Shown: positions 29,931 to 39,387 of the stretch, piece by piece
Position numbering within the stretch: the first letter of the stretch is position 1
Layout of the letters: each line of letters starts with the position of its first letter
Source of the DNA: Patescibacteria group bacterium
Lineage (GTDB): Bacteria > Patescibacteriota > Microgenomatia > JAMCZE01
Direction: 5' to 3'
Length of the DNA stretch: 64,000 bases
NCBI GenBank assembly: GCA_023485845.1
Contig: JAMCZE010000010.1
Location: 89,448-153,447, forward strand
The notes under the pieces: generated by a model
The model's database searches: none
Told to the model about the DNA's origin: nothing
The model's input: the letters and a program-made list of their open reading frames with translations, nothing else
Program-made: the position numbers and the translations under genes

Positions 29931-30351
29931 TGACTTTAATATTTTCCCCCAATTTTCCAATCACGGTTTTCACCATCGCGTCAATCGTTAATTTCGGGTC
30001 GCGAATATATTCTTGTTGCAATAATTGTTCAACATTTTTGGGATCCATCGAGGCCACCTGCAAACAGATTTCTTTGCCAAGATTGGCAAAGTCGTCGGTC
30101 TTGGCCACAAAATCCGTTTCGCAAGCCAACGACACCAGCACCCCAATTTTGCCGCCGTGGACATAGGAAAACACTCGGCCTTGGCTTGTTTGCCGACCAG
30201 ACTTTTTCTCCGCTTTCTCAATCCCCTTCTTCTTCAAAAACTCCTGGGCCTCTTTCAAATTTCCGGCCGTTGCCTCCAGTGCTTCCCGACAATCGGCCAC
30301 ACCAGCACCAGTTACTTCTCTCAATTTTTTGATGTCATCAATTTTTATCAT
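29905..30351 (-). CDS. tsf: Elongation factor Ts (short form)
   Basis: IKKLRE.TGAG..DC..AL, CETDFVA, GENI.V..F.R. Confidence 0.96.
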   Translation of the reverse strand: MIKIDDIKKLREVTGAGVADCREALEATAGNLKEAQEFLKKKGIEKAEKKSGRQTSQGRVFSYVHGGKIGVLVSLACETDFVAKTDDFANLGKEICLQVASMDPKNVEQLLQQEYIRDPKLTIDAMVKTVIGKLGENIKVNEFSRITI

Positions 30352-30354
30352 GAT

Positions 30355-30443
30355 TACAATTACTAATTATTAACTTCTAATTTCTAATTAAATTTTAAGA
30401 TTTAGAAATTAAATAGTAATTAATAATTAAAAATTAGTAATTT
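30355..30443. repeat. Degenerate 7-nt-period AT-rich quasi-palindrome (AATTACT/AGTAATT type)
   Basis: Left units AATTACT AATTATT AACTTCT AATTTCT; right units AGAAATT..AGTAATT; fills rpsB-tsf gap. Confidence 0.8.
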
Positions 30444-31152
30444 ATTTCTCTATTTTATCTTTACTCTGCTGACCCTCAACCCATGCCTCGACTAGGTAGT
30501 CAATGATTATTTTAATACTTCCCACGGCGTCGTCGTTAGCCGGGATGGGATAAGTAACCGGCGTGGGGTCGGTGTTGGTGTCCACCACACCGACAATTGC
30601 CACCCCGGTGCGCATCGCTTCCCGCACGGCTCCGTCTTCCCGTTTAACATCCACAAAAAACACGGCGTCCGGCAATTTTGTCAGCCCCACCAAGCCGCCA
30701 TAGACCCGGGTGTATTTATCCAGCAGCCGTTGGGCCAATAGTTTCTCTTTTTTGGTAACAAACCGGTTCACCTCAATATCCTCGCGCAGTTTTAAAATGG
30801 CATCCAGATTATTCTTTTTCAGAATTTCAAAATTCGTTAAGAGGCCGCCCGGCCAGCGCTCCAATAAATAGTAGAAGTTTTTGTCGGCGCCCACCTTGTT
30901 CTTGGCTTCCTCCACCACGCTCTTGGCCTGCCGTTTTGTCCCGACAAAAAGCACCGAACCGCCGGATTTAGCCAAATCCGAAAGATATTTTGCTGCTGCC
31001 AGCAAACCATCGCGGGTTTTAGCTAAATCAATAATATGAACGCCTTCGCGCTCCCCATAAATATAGCCGGCCGCTTTCGGATGCCAACGATTGGTCTGGT
31101 GCCCAAAATGACACCCGGCCTCTAATAGTTCTTTTAGAGTAATATCTTTCAT
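30442..31152 (-). CDS. rpsB: 30S ribosomal protein S2
   Basis: LLEAG.HFGH...RW.PK, VGTK.QA, RWPGG.LTN, DTN.DP, IPANDD. Confidence 0.98.
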   Translation of the reverse strand: MKDITLKELLEAGCHFGHQTNRWHPKAAGYIYGEREGVHIIDLAKTRDGLLAAAKYLSDLAKSGGSVLFVGTKRQAKSVVEEAKNKVGADKNFYYLLERWPGGLLTNFEILKKNNLDAILKLREDIEVNRFVTKKEKLLAQRLLDKYTRVYGGLVGLTKLPDAVFFVDVKREDGAVREAMRTGVAIVGVVDTNTDPTPVTYPIPANDDAVGSIKIIIDYLVEAWVEGQQSKDKIEK

Positions 31153-31847
31153 ACCTTGCTGATTTTAGCAGCCTCGAAGACATTTTCCAAGAGGCAAGCA
31201 ACAGTGAGAGGACCGACGCCCCCGGGAACGGGAGTGATGGCACCAACGGCCGCCGCCGATGGATCCACTTCCGGTCTGGGTGCTCCACAGTCAATAACAA
31301 TGGCATTCTTTTTAACCATCTCCGCCGTGATTAATCTTTCCTGTCCCGTCGCCACCACCAAGACATCAGCACTTAGTGTTTGCTCTTTCAAATCCGGCGT
31401 GTTCACGTCACAACGGACGACAGACAATCCCATATTCTCCCAATAATCGGCCAGCGGCTTGCCAATTAGTCTCCCCTGGCCCACAATGACAATTGTCTTG
31501 CCCGTCACATCACCGGCGCAAATTAAAACAGCACTGACGGCTGCCGGAAGAAACTTACTTTTACCCGTTAGCCCGTCAACGTCTTTTTCCGGCGGAATCT
31601 GGGCAATCAGTTCGTCAGCCTGGGGATGGGGCAGTTGGACAATAATCCCGTCAGCGGCTAAATCAATTTTATCGGTGACTGTCACGCCAATCCCCACTTC
31701 TTGCCCTCGGGCCATTTTTTGCCGGACGAAAACCGAATCCGGCTGATCCGTCACAATATTTAATTTTGGTCTAATCCCAAGTGTTTGGATCTTAGATTTT
31801 AGATCTTCCAGTTTCTGTGTGGCAATTTTTTTTCCATCAATGATCAT
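31149..31847 (-). CDS. folD: Methylenetetrahydrofolate dehydrogenase/cyclohydrolase (shortened)
   Basis: IIDGK, GIIVQLP, KDVDG, TPVPGGVGPLT. Confidence 0.93.
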   Translation of the reverse strand: MIIDGKKIATQKLEDLKSKIQTLGIRPKLNIVTDQPDSVFVRQKMARGQEVGIGVTVTDKIDLAADGIIVQLPHPQADELIAQIPPEKDVDGLTGKSKFLPAAVSAVLICAGDVTGKTIVIVGQGRLIGKPLADYWENMGLSVVRCDVNTPDLKEQTLSADVLVVATGQERLITAEMVKKNAIVIDCGAPRPEVDPSAAAVGAITPVPGGVGPLTVACLLENVFEAAKISKV

Positions 31848-33064
31848 ATCGGAAACTTTCTGCAAAGGTCCAACACATCTTTTTTAACCGCCCCGACGGG
31901 ACGGCGGGAGAAAATCACGTCGGCAATCCAGTCTCCGATTAGTTTCATTTCCGGCTCTTTCATTCCCCGGGTGGTGATTGCCGGGGTGCCCAACCGAATC
32001 CCGCTGGAAATTGCCGGCGGCAGCGGGTCATTGGGCACTGCGTTTTTATTGGTCACAATCCCCGCTTCCTCAAGTTTTTCCGCCGTGTCTTTTCCGGTCA
32101 AGCCAAAATTTTTTAAATCAATCATTATCAAATGATTATCCGTCCCGCCAGAAACCAAAGCGATTTTATTTTTAATTATGACCTCCGAGAGGACTTTGGC
32201 GTTAGCAACAATTTGCTTGGCATATGCTCTAAATTCACTTGTTCCTGCTTCTTTAGCCGCCACTGCCATAGCGGCAATCACGTTTTCGTGCGGGCCGCCC
32301 TGCAAACCGGGAAAAACCGCCCGGTCAATTTTAGCGGCCATCTCCTCATTATTCGTCATCAGAATCGCCCCCCGGGGGCCGCGCAAAGTTTTGTGGGTTG
32401 TCGTCATCACCACATCGGCAAACGGAATGGGACTGGGATGAACACCGGCCACCACCAATCCGGCAATGTGGGAAATGTCTGCCAAAAGAATCGCCCCGAC
32501 ACTGTCGGCAATTTTTTTAAATCTTGCAAACTCCAGAACCCGGGGGTAGGACGTCGTTCCACAGACAAGGATCTTTGGCTTTTCGATCAGAACCTGTTCT
32601 TGCAACTTGTCGTAGTTGATCCAACCGTTTTCATCGACCGTGTATTGAACGCTATTAAAATATTTTCCGGAAAAAGTAATTTTCGGATGGCCGTGGGTCA
32701 AGTGCCCGCCAGAAGACAGCGCCATTCCCATAATTTTATCCCCAAGGGCAAGAAGGGCAAAATAGACGGCGGCATTGGCCGGACTGCCGGAATAGGGCTG
32801 GACATTAACAAAGGCAACATTAAAAAGTTTCTTGAACCGGGCAATCGCCAGATTTTCAATGGCATCAATAATGCCGTTGCCTTGGTAGTAGCGCTTTCCC
32901 GGATAACCTTCGGAGTATTTATTGGCCAACACCGAACCAGTCGCCTGCCGCACGGCCGCGGAGACATAGTTTTCCGACGGGATCATCTCCAGCCCTTCCC
33001 GCTGTCTTTTTTCCTCTCGGCCAATCAGTTTGGCAATCTCCGGATCACTTTTCTGAAGTGTCAT
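31844..33064 (-). CDS. glyA: Serine hydroxymethyltransferase
   Basis: SEN, NKYSEGYPGKRYY, GGHLTHG, TTTHKTLRGPRG, SGIRLGT. Confidence 0.98.
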   Translation of the reverse strand: MTLQKSDPEIAKLIGREEKRQREGLEMIPSENYVSAAVRQATGSVLANKYSEGYPGKRYYQGNGIIDAIENLAIARFKKLFNVAFVNVQPYSGSPANAAVYFALLALGDKIMGMALSSGGHLTHGHPKITFSGKYFNSVQYTVDENGWINYDKLQEQVLIEKPKILVCGTTSYPRVLEFARFKKIADSVGAILLADISHIAGLVVAGVHPSPIPFADVVMTTTHKTLRGPRGAILMTNNEEMAAKIDRAVFPGLQGGPHENVIAAMAVAAKEAGTSEFRAYAKQIVANAKVLSEVIIKNKIALVSGGTDNHLIMIDLKNFGLTGKDTAEKLEEAGIVTNKNAVPNDPLPPAISSGIRLGTPAITTRGMKEPEMKLIGDWIADVIFSRRPVGAVKKDVLDLCRKFPI

Positions 33065-33073
33065 GAAGCAATT

Positions 33074-34285
33074 TTAGCACAAACTTATCCCACCCTGGCT
33101 CCCGAACTCATCTTCAACGGCTTTAAGTATCTCTTCATGAACGGATTCTGGTGATGACATGCCGTTAATCTTAACAACGTTATTGAGCTTTCCTAAAATT
33201 TCTCTATATCTTTTTCGACAACTTTCTATTTTAGCTAGGCTTTCAAATTTGCTGAATGGTTTATTTTCTTCAGTAAGTCTTCTTTCTATCCTCTTTATTG
33301 CCTCCTCCGGCTCAACATCCACCCATAAAATGAGATCCATATCTGGTACGAAAGCGTGCAAGAAACGAACTAAAGCCTCTTCTTGCTTCGTCTCGGCCTC
33401 ATAAACTTGTGTGTCAATCCAACTTCTCACATCAATAACCGTCTCCCCAGCTCTTAATGCAGGCAAAATTTCCTTACTCATAATTCTTCTTCGATCGGCA
33501 ATATAAAAGAACATATCCATAAAGTGATCGTCAATCTCACTTCGCCAACTGGCGAGGGTCGGCTTTGTGTCCGGAGTTGGCTCATGAACTAGCCTAACTT
33601 TTATTCCTTGTTTCCTATACCAGCCAACCAACATCTCAGCTTGGACATCTTTTCCGGAACCGCTTGTTCCCTCTATAACAATATATTTCCCGGTTAATTT
33701 CTCCGTTTCCAGTGAAGTGGGTTCTTCTAAGAGCGACAGAAAAAGTTCAACGAATCGGTATTGCCTTTCCGCTATTTTCTTGCTCTCGGGAAACTCCAAG
33801 CCGGCAATCCTTGCCGGCATTTTCACTCTTAACCGGTGCATAGTTTCTTCCATGGTTTCGCCTCTCTCACCGGACCACAGTAGAGTGCGAAGAATTCCTC
33901 TGGCTCCAAAACCATCCAAAAAGTCAGCCTCTTTGAGAATTTTCCCCTCAATCGTAGAGGGAGTAAATTCCGGTTGGTCATGTTCAGATATTGCTTGGCA
34001 GACAGCATCAATTTTTTCTTTTGGAAAACCAGTTTCTTCAAGAACTAACCTTGCCCGATGGACCGACTCTAAAGCACTTTCTTTCCCTCGCAATTGCTTA
34101 TCTGCTCGACCCAGATCGTGGAGAATAGCTGCAGCAGTAATTATTTCTTCATCGCCGCCATACAATCTCTGGAATCGTAATCCAGTGGCTACGACCCGTT
34201 TTAGATGATCATCCGAGTGGCTTGCTCCCACCACTGCATTGTCCACCCCTTGCCAAAGTTTATTTTCAATTTCTAATCTTTCCAT
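33074..34285 (-). CDS. HD-domain / thymidylate kinase fusion
   Basis: N: H...H..RV, LHDLGR, EHD, EAD.LD..GA.G; C: IVIEGTSGSGKD, HEP, ADR, PD (Tmk fold, divergent P-loop). Confidence 0.8.
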   Translation of the reverse strand: MERLEIENKLWQGVDNAVVGASHSDDHLKRVVATGLRFQRLYGGDEEIITAAAILHDLGRADKQLRGKESALESVHRARLVLEETGFPKEKIDAVCQAISEHDQPEFTPSTIEGKILKEADFLDGFGARGILRTLLWSGERGETMEETMHRLRVKMPARIAGLEFPESKKIAERQYRFVELFLSLLEEPTSLETEKLTGKYIVIEGTSGSGKDVQAEMLVGWYRKQGIKVRLVHEPTPDTKPTLASWRSEIDDHFMDMFFYIADRRRIMSKEILPALRAGETVIDVRSWIDTQVYEAETKQEEALVRFLHAFVPDMDLILWVDVEPEEAIKRIERRLTEENKPFSKFESLAKIESCRKRYREILGKLNNVVKINGMSSPESVHEEILKAVEDEFGSQGGISLC

Positions 34286-34289
34286 CTGA

Positions 34290-35786
34290 TTAATCTTTCT
34301 TCCCTGGCTCCCTTATTCCGCTTGAACCCAAGGGTGAATAATCCCTATAGAAAAAATAACGACAGTTTTCTTCAGTAACTGGCACTTGCGAAAACCCGGA
34401 AATATCAGGAAAAGATTGTAAATCTGGAAAACGGAACCGCCGTTTATCCATTTCTGGTGGCACACCCTCGTGTATAGTAACTTCTTCCCATCGTAGCGGC
34501 AAAGGAATTAAAGGAAAGCGATCCGGGACATCGGAAACAACTACCGTTCTTGCTCGAGAAATTCCCAGTTTATCTGTTAACAAAAATCTATGTAGTCCAT
34601 CTATCAATAGGCATCTATTCCCGTCTGGTCCGGAAACCTCAACCGTAGGTGGAGAAATCACAAAATTCTTTCCCCCCATCCGGAATTCAATCGTCCCCGA
34701 CAGATCAAGAAAATCCAAAGCATAATTCGCCAAAAACAATTTTCTAAGCTTTTCGTGGAGATCAATCTGCCCAGCAAGAGCATAAAGGGAAAGCGGTGCA
34801 ATTTCATCAATGCTTAAGACCTTACTCTCTATTCTTGCTGCCGCATAAGGAAAAAGAGTTGGGTCCCCATTAAGCTTTACTCTTCTTAGAGCTCCTTCCA
34901 ACTCTTCCCAGGGGTGGACTTTTGTAATCTCCAGATCATCAGAAAAATATTCATGCTCAATTAGTTCTAACGTCTCTAAACCTAACTCCGGATGGTATGG
35001 CACTGCATTTCGCTCGCACTCTTTTCTTATTAACTCCTCCGCTTCAAGGTAGCCTTGCCAAGCAATTTTTTTTCCAGTCGCTGTTCTGGCATCCAATAAA
35101 GCTCTTTTGGCAGCCAATCTAACACTTCCCACAATTGATTCTCCCCACATCCATGCCCTCAACGGATCGCCTCTGGCAAACAATGGGAGACTCTGTTCTA
35201 AGTTAAAATCAAATGTTCTTTTGGCGCCGTCAGCTCCTGTCCCTAAACGACTGTCAGCCTCTTTAATAACTGCCAACATTGCTTTTGATCGTGGATCACT
35301 ATCCATCTCCTGCTCTGCCTCTTTCACCCATCCGCGGGTGATAGCAGGACTTCCCCCCCTCCCCTTACTTGGAAACAGATAATTAGTGTTATCGTGATTT
35401 AAAACGAGATATAAAACTTGCTTCAGTCTTTGGGGGTCCTCAGCAAAACCGGGAATCCTCAAAAGAATTTCGTTGGCGATTCTCATACTTTCGTGGACAT
35501 GCTCCCGTTTATCTTCAGACCAATCAACTTTCCTTTGAGAGAAACCAGCATCATGAAGCAGCGCCGCCACCGATAAAGCTGTTAGGTCAAGATCGAGCGA
35601 CGAGTACTCGGGTTCTCGAGCGATTTCCAAAACTAGCCTCTCGGCACTCTTAACATGATCCATCCCATGAATTCTTTCATTAGAAGGATAATAGCAAGCC
35701 ATTTGTTCAGTCACAACTTCACGCCAAGGAGAAAATAAGAGTCTTTGCTTCCTATCTTTTTCAGAAAAATTTTCTGCAACAGTCAT
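34290..35786 (-). CDS. HD-domain / ParB-Srx-like fusion protein
   Basis: N: HGMDH, LLHDAG, NHD, KEAD; C: PP.V.....LLIDGLHR ParB/sulfiredoxin-type motif. Confidence 0.7.
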   Translation of the reverse strand: MTVAENFSEKDRKQRLLFSPWREVVTEQMACYYPSNERIHGMDHVKSAERLVLEIAREPEYSSLDLDLTALSVAALLHDAGFSQRKVDWSEDKREHVHESMRIANEILLRIPGFAEDPQRLKQVLYLVLNHDNTNYLFPSKGRGGSPAITRGWVKEAEQEMDSDPRSKAMLAVIKEADSRLGTGADGAKRTFDFNLEQSLPLFARGDPLRAWMWGESIVGSVRLAAKRALLDARTATGKKIAWQGYLEAEELIRKECERNAVPYHPELGLETLELIEHEYFSDDLEITKVHPWEELEGALRRVKLNGDPTLFPYAAARIESKVLSIDEIAPLSLYALAGQIDLHEKLRKLFLANYALDFLDLSGTIEFRMGGKNFVISPPTVEVSGPDGNRCLLIDGLHRFLLTDKLGISRARTVVVSDVPDRFPLIPLPLRWEEVTIHEGVPPEMDKRRFRFPDLQSFPDISGFSQVPVTEENCRYFFYRDYSPLGSSGIREPGKKD

Positions 35787-35806
35787 CTCTTCATATCTAA
35801 GTAAAA

Positions 35807-36424
35807 CTACCCCTCATGAATCTTCATTCTTCCATAACGTTCCCTCAATGCTGGAAAAGCTTCCTTTGACCAAAAGGACATTCTCTCAATCAATTTCTCC
35901 GCTTCATCCCAAGTTACAAATTTACCTTCAATTACTCCTTCATCACCACTGTCCTCGAAAATTGCTCTATCCCCAAGATATGCCCAAACAAGACCTGCAT
36001 GGACCATGTTCACCTGGTTTGTTTGTAAATTCACCACCCCAACAAATTCTCGCTTCAAAACAGTTCCGAGGTACCTTGTCTCCTCATTAAATTCTCTCTC
36101 GGCTGCCTTTCCAATATCCACGTCCCCTTCTTCCACATGACCACCAAGAAATATCGGCCATAAATCATGAAGACGATCTTCCGAACCGGTTACTGGAATC
36201 CTATGAACAAAAACCTGATTTTGAGCAATCAATATTACCTGAGGAATAATTTGCTTCCAAGACGGATCATCTTCCACCTCCGCCCGCCGCTTGTATTCAC
36301 CATATCTGTTGATAAGCCCAAAAACTGTCTGAAAATCATCAATGGGGCGAAATCCTTCCCACACTCCGTCCGGGAAAAGCTTATTCGTGGGAACAACTAA
36401 CACCTTTTGTTCAAGTTTATCCAT
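35807..36424 (-). CDS. NUDIX-family phosphoesterase (YmaB/COG4112-like)
   Basis: R.EVE.DP.WKQIIP, GGHV, AEREFNEE, VH.G. Confidence 0.8.
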   Translation of the reverse strand: MDKLEQKVLVVPTNKLFPDGVWEGFRPIDDFQTVFGLINRYGEYKRRAEVEDDPSWKQIIPQVILIAQNQVFVHRIPVTGSEDRLHDLWPIFLGGHVEEGDVDIGKAAEREFNEETRYLGTVLKREFVGVVNLQTNQVNMVHAGLVWAYLGDRAIFEDSGDEGVIEGKFVTWDEAEKLIERMSFWSKEAFPALRERYGRMKIHEG

Positions 36425-36681
36425 CTCCGGCAATTTAGCTCGGAAGAGATTCTTTTGCAACGGGTCAAAATAGATCAGGAGATCTCCCAGTACTTCTATT
36501 TCCTCAGCAGTCTCAAGAATAATTATAAATCGCAATCACCTTCTCCAGTTGTTTATCGGAAAGGTGCTTCTTTGTTCTCATAAATCCCTGCATCTGCGGT
36601 GTTATTGTAATCTTCTTCTTGGTTTTATCAATTTTATGTTTCATTCTTTAATTATACATTCCCCGTGATTAATATAATAAC

Positions 36682-37119
36682 ATGACAAGAGTTTCGGCAG
36701 GTTTACTGATGTTTCGAAGATGCGCCAAAGACATCGAGGTTTTTTTAGTCCATCCCGGCGGGCCGTTTTTTGGACGAAGGGACAACGTTTGGGGCATTCC
36801 TAAGGGAGAGCGGCACGATGACGAAGATTTATTAACCTGCGCTAAGCGGGAATTTACTGAAGAAACGGGTATCGATCCTGGGCAAGCGGCAATGACGCCG
36901 CTGGGATCGATTCAATATAACAACAAAACTATTTATTGTTGGACCTTTGAAAAAGATTTGCCAGAAAATTTTAAGCTAAAAAGTAATCTTACACCATATG
37001 GTTGGCCGGAAATTGACAAGGGGGAATTTTTCAATCTCGGTGCCGCCGCTTCCAAAATCCTCCCGGGCCAAAAAATTTTTTTAGAGAGACTATTTGAGTA
37101 TTGCAAAGTTAATAATTAG
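36682..37119 (+). CDS. NUDIX hydrolase
   Basis: SAGLL, LVHPGGP, WGIPKGE, AKREF.EETG, PEID. Confidence 0.9.
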   Translation: MTRVSAGLLMFRRCAKDIEVFLVHPGGPFFGRRDNVWGIPKGERHDDEDLLTCAKREFTEETGIDPGQAAMTPLGSIQYNNKTIYCWTFEKDLPENFKLKSNLTPYGWPEIDKGEFFNLGAAASKILPGQKIFLERLFEYCKVNN

Positions 37120-37136
37120 GATTTACTATCTCCAGG

Positions 37137-37964
37137 ATGACAGGTAACCAAGAATACTCCGGCTCAATTGAGAACCAATACCTTAGTCTTCTTGATGATA
37201 TCCTCACAAACGGATACCAATCCGGTGACCGCACCGGAACCGGGACAAGAAAAGTTTTTGGTCGGACGCTACGAGCTGACCTTACCCAAGGATATCCGCT
37301 TTTAACAACAAAGTCCGTTCATTTCCCTTCAGTGGCCCATGAGTTGATATGGTTCATCAGTGGTAGCACCAACATTAAATATCTCCACGATCGTGGCATC
37401 ACCATTTGGGACGAATGGGCTGATGCAAACGGCGAGGTTGGAAGAATGTATGGTGTCCAGTGGCGCCATTGGGTTGGCCCGGATGGGAAAGAAACCGACC
37501 AACTCCAAAAAGCAATTGATAAAATTCACTCCTCACCAAACGACCGAAGAATTATTGTCTCTGCTTGGAATCCCGCAGAAGTGGATAAGATGGCACTCCC
37601 CCCATGTCATGCCCTTTATCAATTTGATGTTCAAGGAGAAAGACTTTCTTGCGCGATGTTCCAGCGATCTATCGACACATTCCTCGGCCTCCCATTTAAC
37701 ATTGCAAGTTACGCCGCTTTGACAAAAATGATTGCCAGTTTAACAGATCTGACCCCCCACGAATTAATTCTATTTCTTGGAAACACGCACCTTTATCTGA
37801 ATCATCTCGCTCAAGCTAAAATACAACTAGAGAGAGACTCGAGACCACTGCCAAAATTAGAAATTATTCATCACAGAACAAAAATTGATGATTTTGTCTT
37901 TGAAGATTTCAGACTTTTAGACTATAACCCACACCCCAAAATCAGAGCACCAATTTCAAAGTAA
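37137..37964 (+). CDS. thyA: Thymidylate synthase
   Basis: DRTGTGT, PLLTTK, IWDEW, YG.QWR, RRIIVSAWN, PPCH, QRS.D.FLGLPFNIASY. Confidence 0.97.
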   Translation: MTGNQEYSGSIENQYLSLLDDILTNGYQSGDRTGTGTRKVFGRTLRADLTQGYPLLTTKSVHFPSVAHELIWFISGSTNIKYLHDRGITIWDEWADANGEVGRMYGVQWRHWVGPDGKETDQLQKAIDKIHSSPNDRRIIVSAWNPAEVDKMALPPCHALYQFDVQGERLSCAMFQRSIDTFLGLPFNIASYAALTKMIASLTDLTPHELILFLGNTHLYLNHLAQAKIQLERDSRPLPKLEIIHHRTKIDDFVFEDFRLLDYNPHPKIRAPISK

Positions 37965-37968
37965 TGAA

Positions 37969-38595
37969 CTAACACCACATTCTTAGTCTTGGGTGGCCGG
38001 GAACACGATGGTGCAATGGACAGACTGCCTGATACTGTTCTTCGGCTCCAACTACAATAACTTTATCATCGAAGTCCGCTGGTTCACCATCCTTAAACCG
38101 CTGTGTTTGGGTTGCTTTCTTTCCGCAAATTTCGCCAAGAGAAACCTCATAAGAGCAAATGGCAAATCTTCTGTGAACTTTATGCGCCTGTGCTTCCAAT
38201 ATTGGAAAACAACCAAATGGTTCACCTCTAAAATCTGTCGGGAGACCAGTCAAAATCACCCCGATACCGGACTGTGATAATTCCTGAACAACAAATGGCG
38301 TTTCCTCATCAAGGAATTGTGCCTCATCAATGCCAATAATCCTCACTCCTGTCTTTAAATGTTGAAAGATATCTCGCGCCTTATCAACTGATATTGCCGG
38401 ATAGCGTACTCCATTATGTCCTTCTATCTCATCCGCCGCACTACGGGTGTCACCCGTCCATTTAAATGCCTGCACTGTCAGTTTGGCAAAACTGGCAAGT
38501 TCCAGACGGTGAATCATTTCGTTTGTTTTGTCAGCGAACATGGGTCCGCTAATAGCAGTTACTTTCCTTGGGCCTTTTTCTCTATGGTTCTTCAT
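37969..38595 (-). CDS. tdk: Thymidine kinase (type II)
   Basis: GPMFADKT, IDEAQF, GL.TDFRGEPF, zinc Cys motifs. Confidence 0.9.
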   Translation of the reverse strand: MKNHREKGPRKVTAISGPMFADKTNEMIHRLELASFAKLTVQAFKWTGDTRSAADEIEGHNGVRYPAISVDKARDIFQHLKTGVRIIGIDEAQFLDEETPFVVQELSQSGIGVILTGLPTDFRGEPFGCFPILEAQAHKVHRRFAICSYEVSLGEICGKKATQTQRFKDGEPADFDDKVIVVGAEEQYQAVCPLHHRVPGHPRLRMWC

Positions 38596-38646
38596 GCGAT
38601 TCACCTTACCCCCCCCAACCAATTTTTTCAACTAGATCTTTATAGG

Positions 38647-39078
38647 TCAATGGTAACCGGTTGTTCCCAACATTCCACGGGACCTCTTTGCCCGCATCTT
38701 GTCAACTTCCTCAAACTGCGCAATAGCTATTCGAACAAAAATTCCCTGGGCAATTCTGGTGCCGGACGCAATTTCCACCTCTTTATCGGTGATGTTTAAC
38801 GCTTGGATGTGAATCTCGTCCTTATCACCGGAAAAATCCTGATCGACAATACCGGGAATTATCATTAATCCAAATTTATGTGCAGTAGATCCCCGACTAT
38901 TAACCAGAAGAAAATGCCCCTTGGGAACAGCAACAGCAATATTTGCCGGCACCACCCTAAACTCACGTGGGGCAAATTTTTCATTGTTCCGAAGACTTAA
39001 ATCAAAACCCACTGCCCCGGGAGTTTTATATCCCGGCAGCGGTAAATTTTTATCAAACCTTTTTACCTCAATTTTCAT
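38647..39078 (-). CDS. dut: dUTP diphosphatase (trimeric)
   Basis: AVGFDL, RGS, GIVDQDFSG, RIAQG, RG..G.TG. Confidence 0.92.
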   Translation of the reverse strand: MKIEVKRFDKNLPLPGYKTPGAVGFDLSLRNNEKFAPREFRVVPANIAVAVPKGHFLLVNSRGSTAHKFGLMIIPGIVDQDFSGDKDEIHIQALNITDKEVEIASGTRIAQGIFVRIAIAQFEEVDKMRAKRSRGMLGTTGYH

Positions 39079-39108
39079 TTTTTATTTTAAGACAGGCTTC
39101 GAGAAATC

Positions 39109-39387
39109 CTAGAACCAGGGGGCAGAGGGTTTTTCTTCAGACGTTTCCGGGGGTGGTGAGGCGTAGCCCCCTCTTAATCTAATAATATTTGCTACTTTCA
39201 TAGCCCGAATCTGTTCTTGCTTCAACATCTCAGACACACCACTTGGGGTAACATCTGAGAGGAGAAGTCTTTTTCCGTTTTCCCCACAAGGAAGTAATTT
39301 AATTTCAGTGCGCATGATAAAAGATAACAAATTATTTGGGTTTTGTCCAGGAGGCAAAATCACAATCTGGGTAGCGGGAGCAGCCAT
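39109..39387 (-). CDS. Hypothetical protein
   Basis: 92-aa ORF overlapping the topA 3' end. Confidence 0.4.
   Translation of the reverse strand: MAAPATQIVILPPGQNPNNLLSFIMRTEIKLLPCGENGKRLLLSDVTPSGVSEMLKQEQIRAMKVANIIRLRGGYASPPPETSEEKPSAPWF

Noticed and set aside
1681-30443. CRISPR array interpretation of the periodic repeats
   Set aside because: Units are 7-9 nt, degenerate and lack unique spacers; there are no cas genes in the window.
32132-33154. 340-aa + strand ORF
   Set aside because: Antisense shadow of glyA with no motifs.
36424-36644. Extended N-terminus or separate ORF upstream of the COG4112-like NUDIX gene
   Set aside because: Short broken frames without a recognisable motif; no call can be supported.
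37137-37964. ThyA as a phage-type dCMP hydroxymethylase
   Set aside because: The Asn of the PFNIASY motif and other canonical ThyA motifs are retained.
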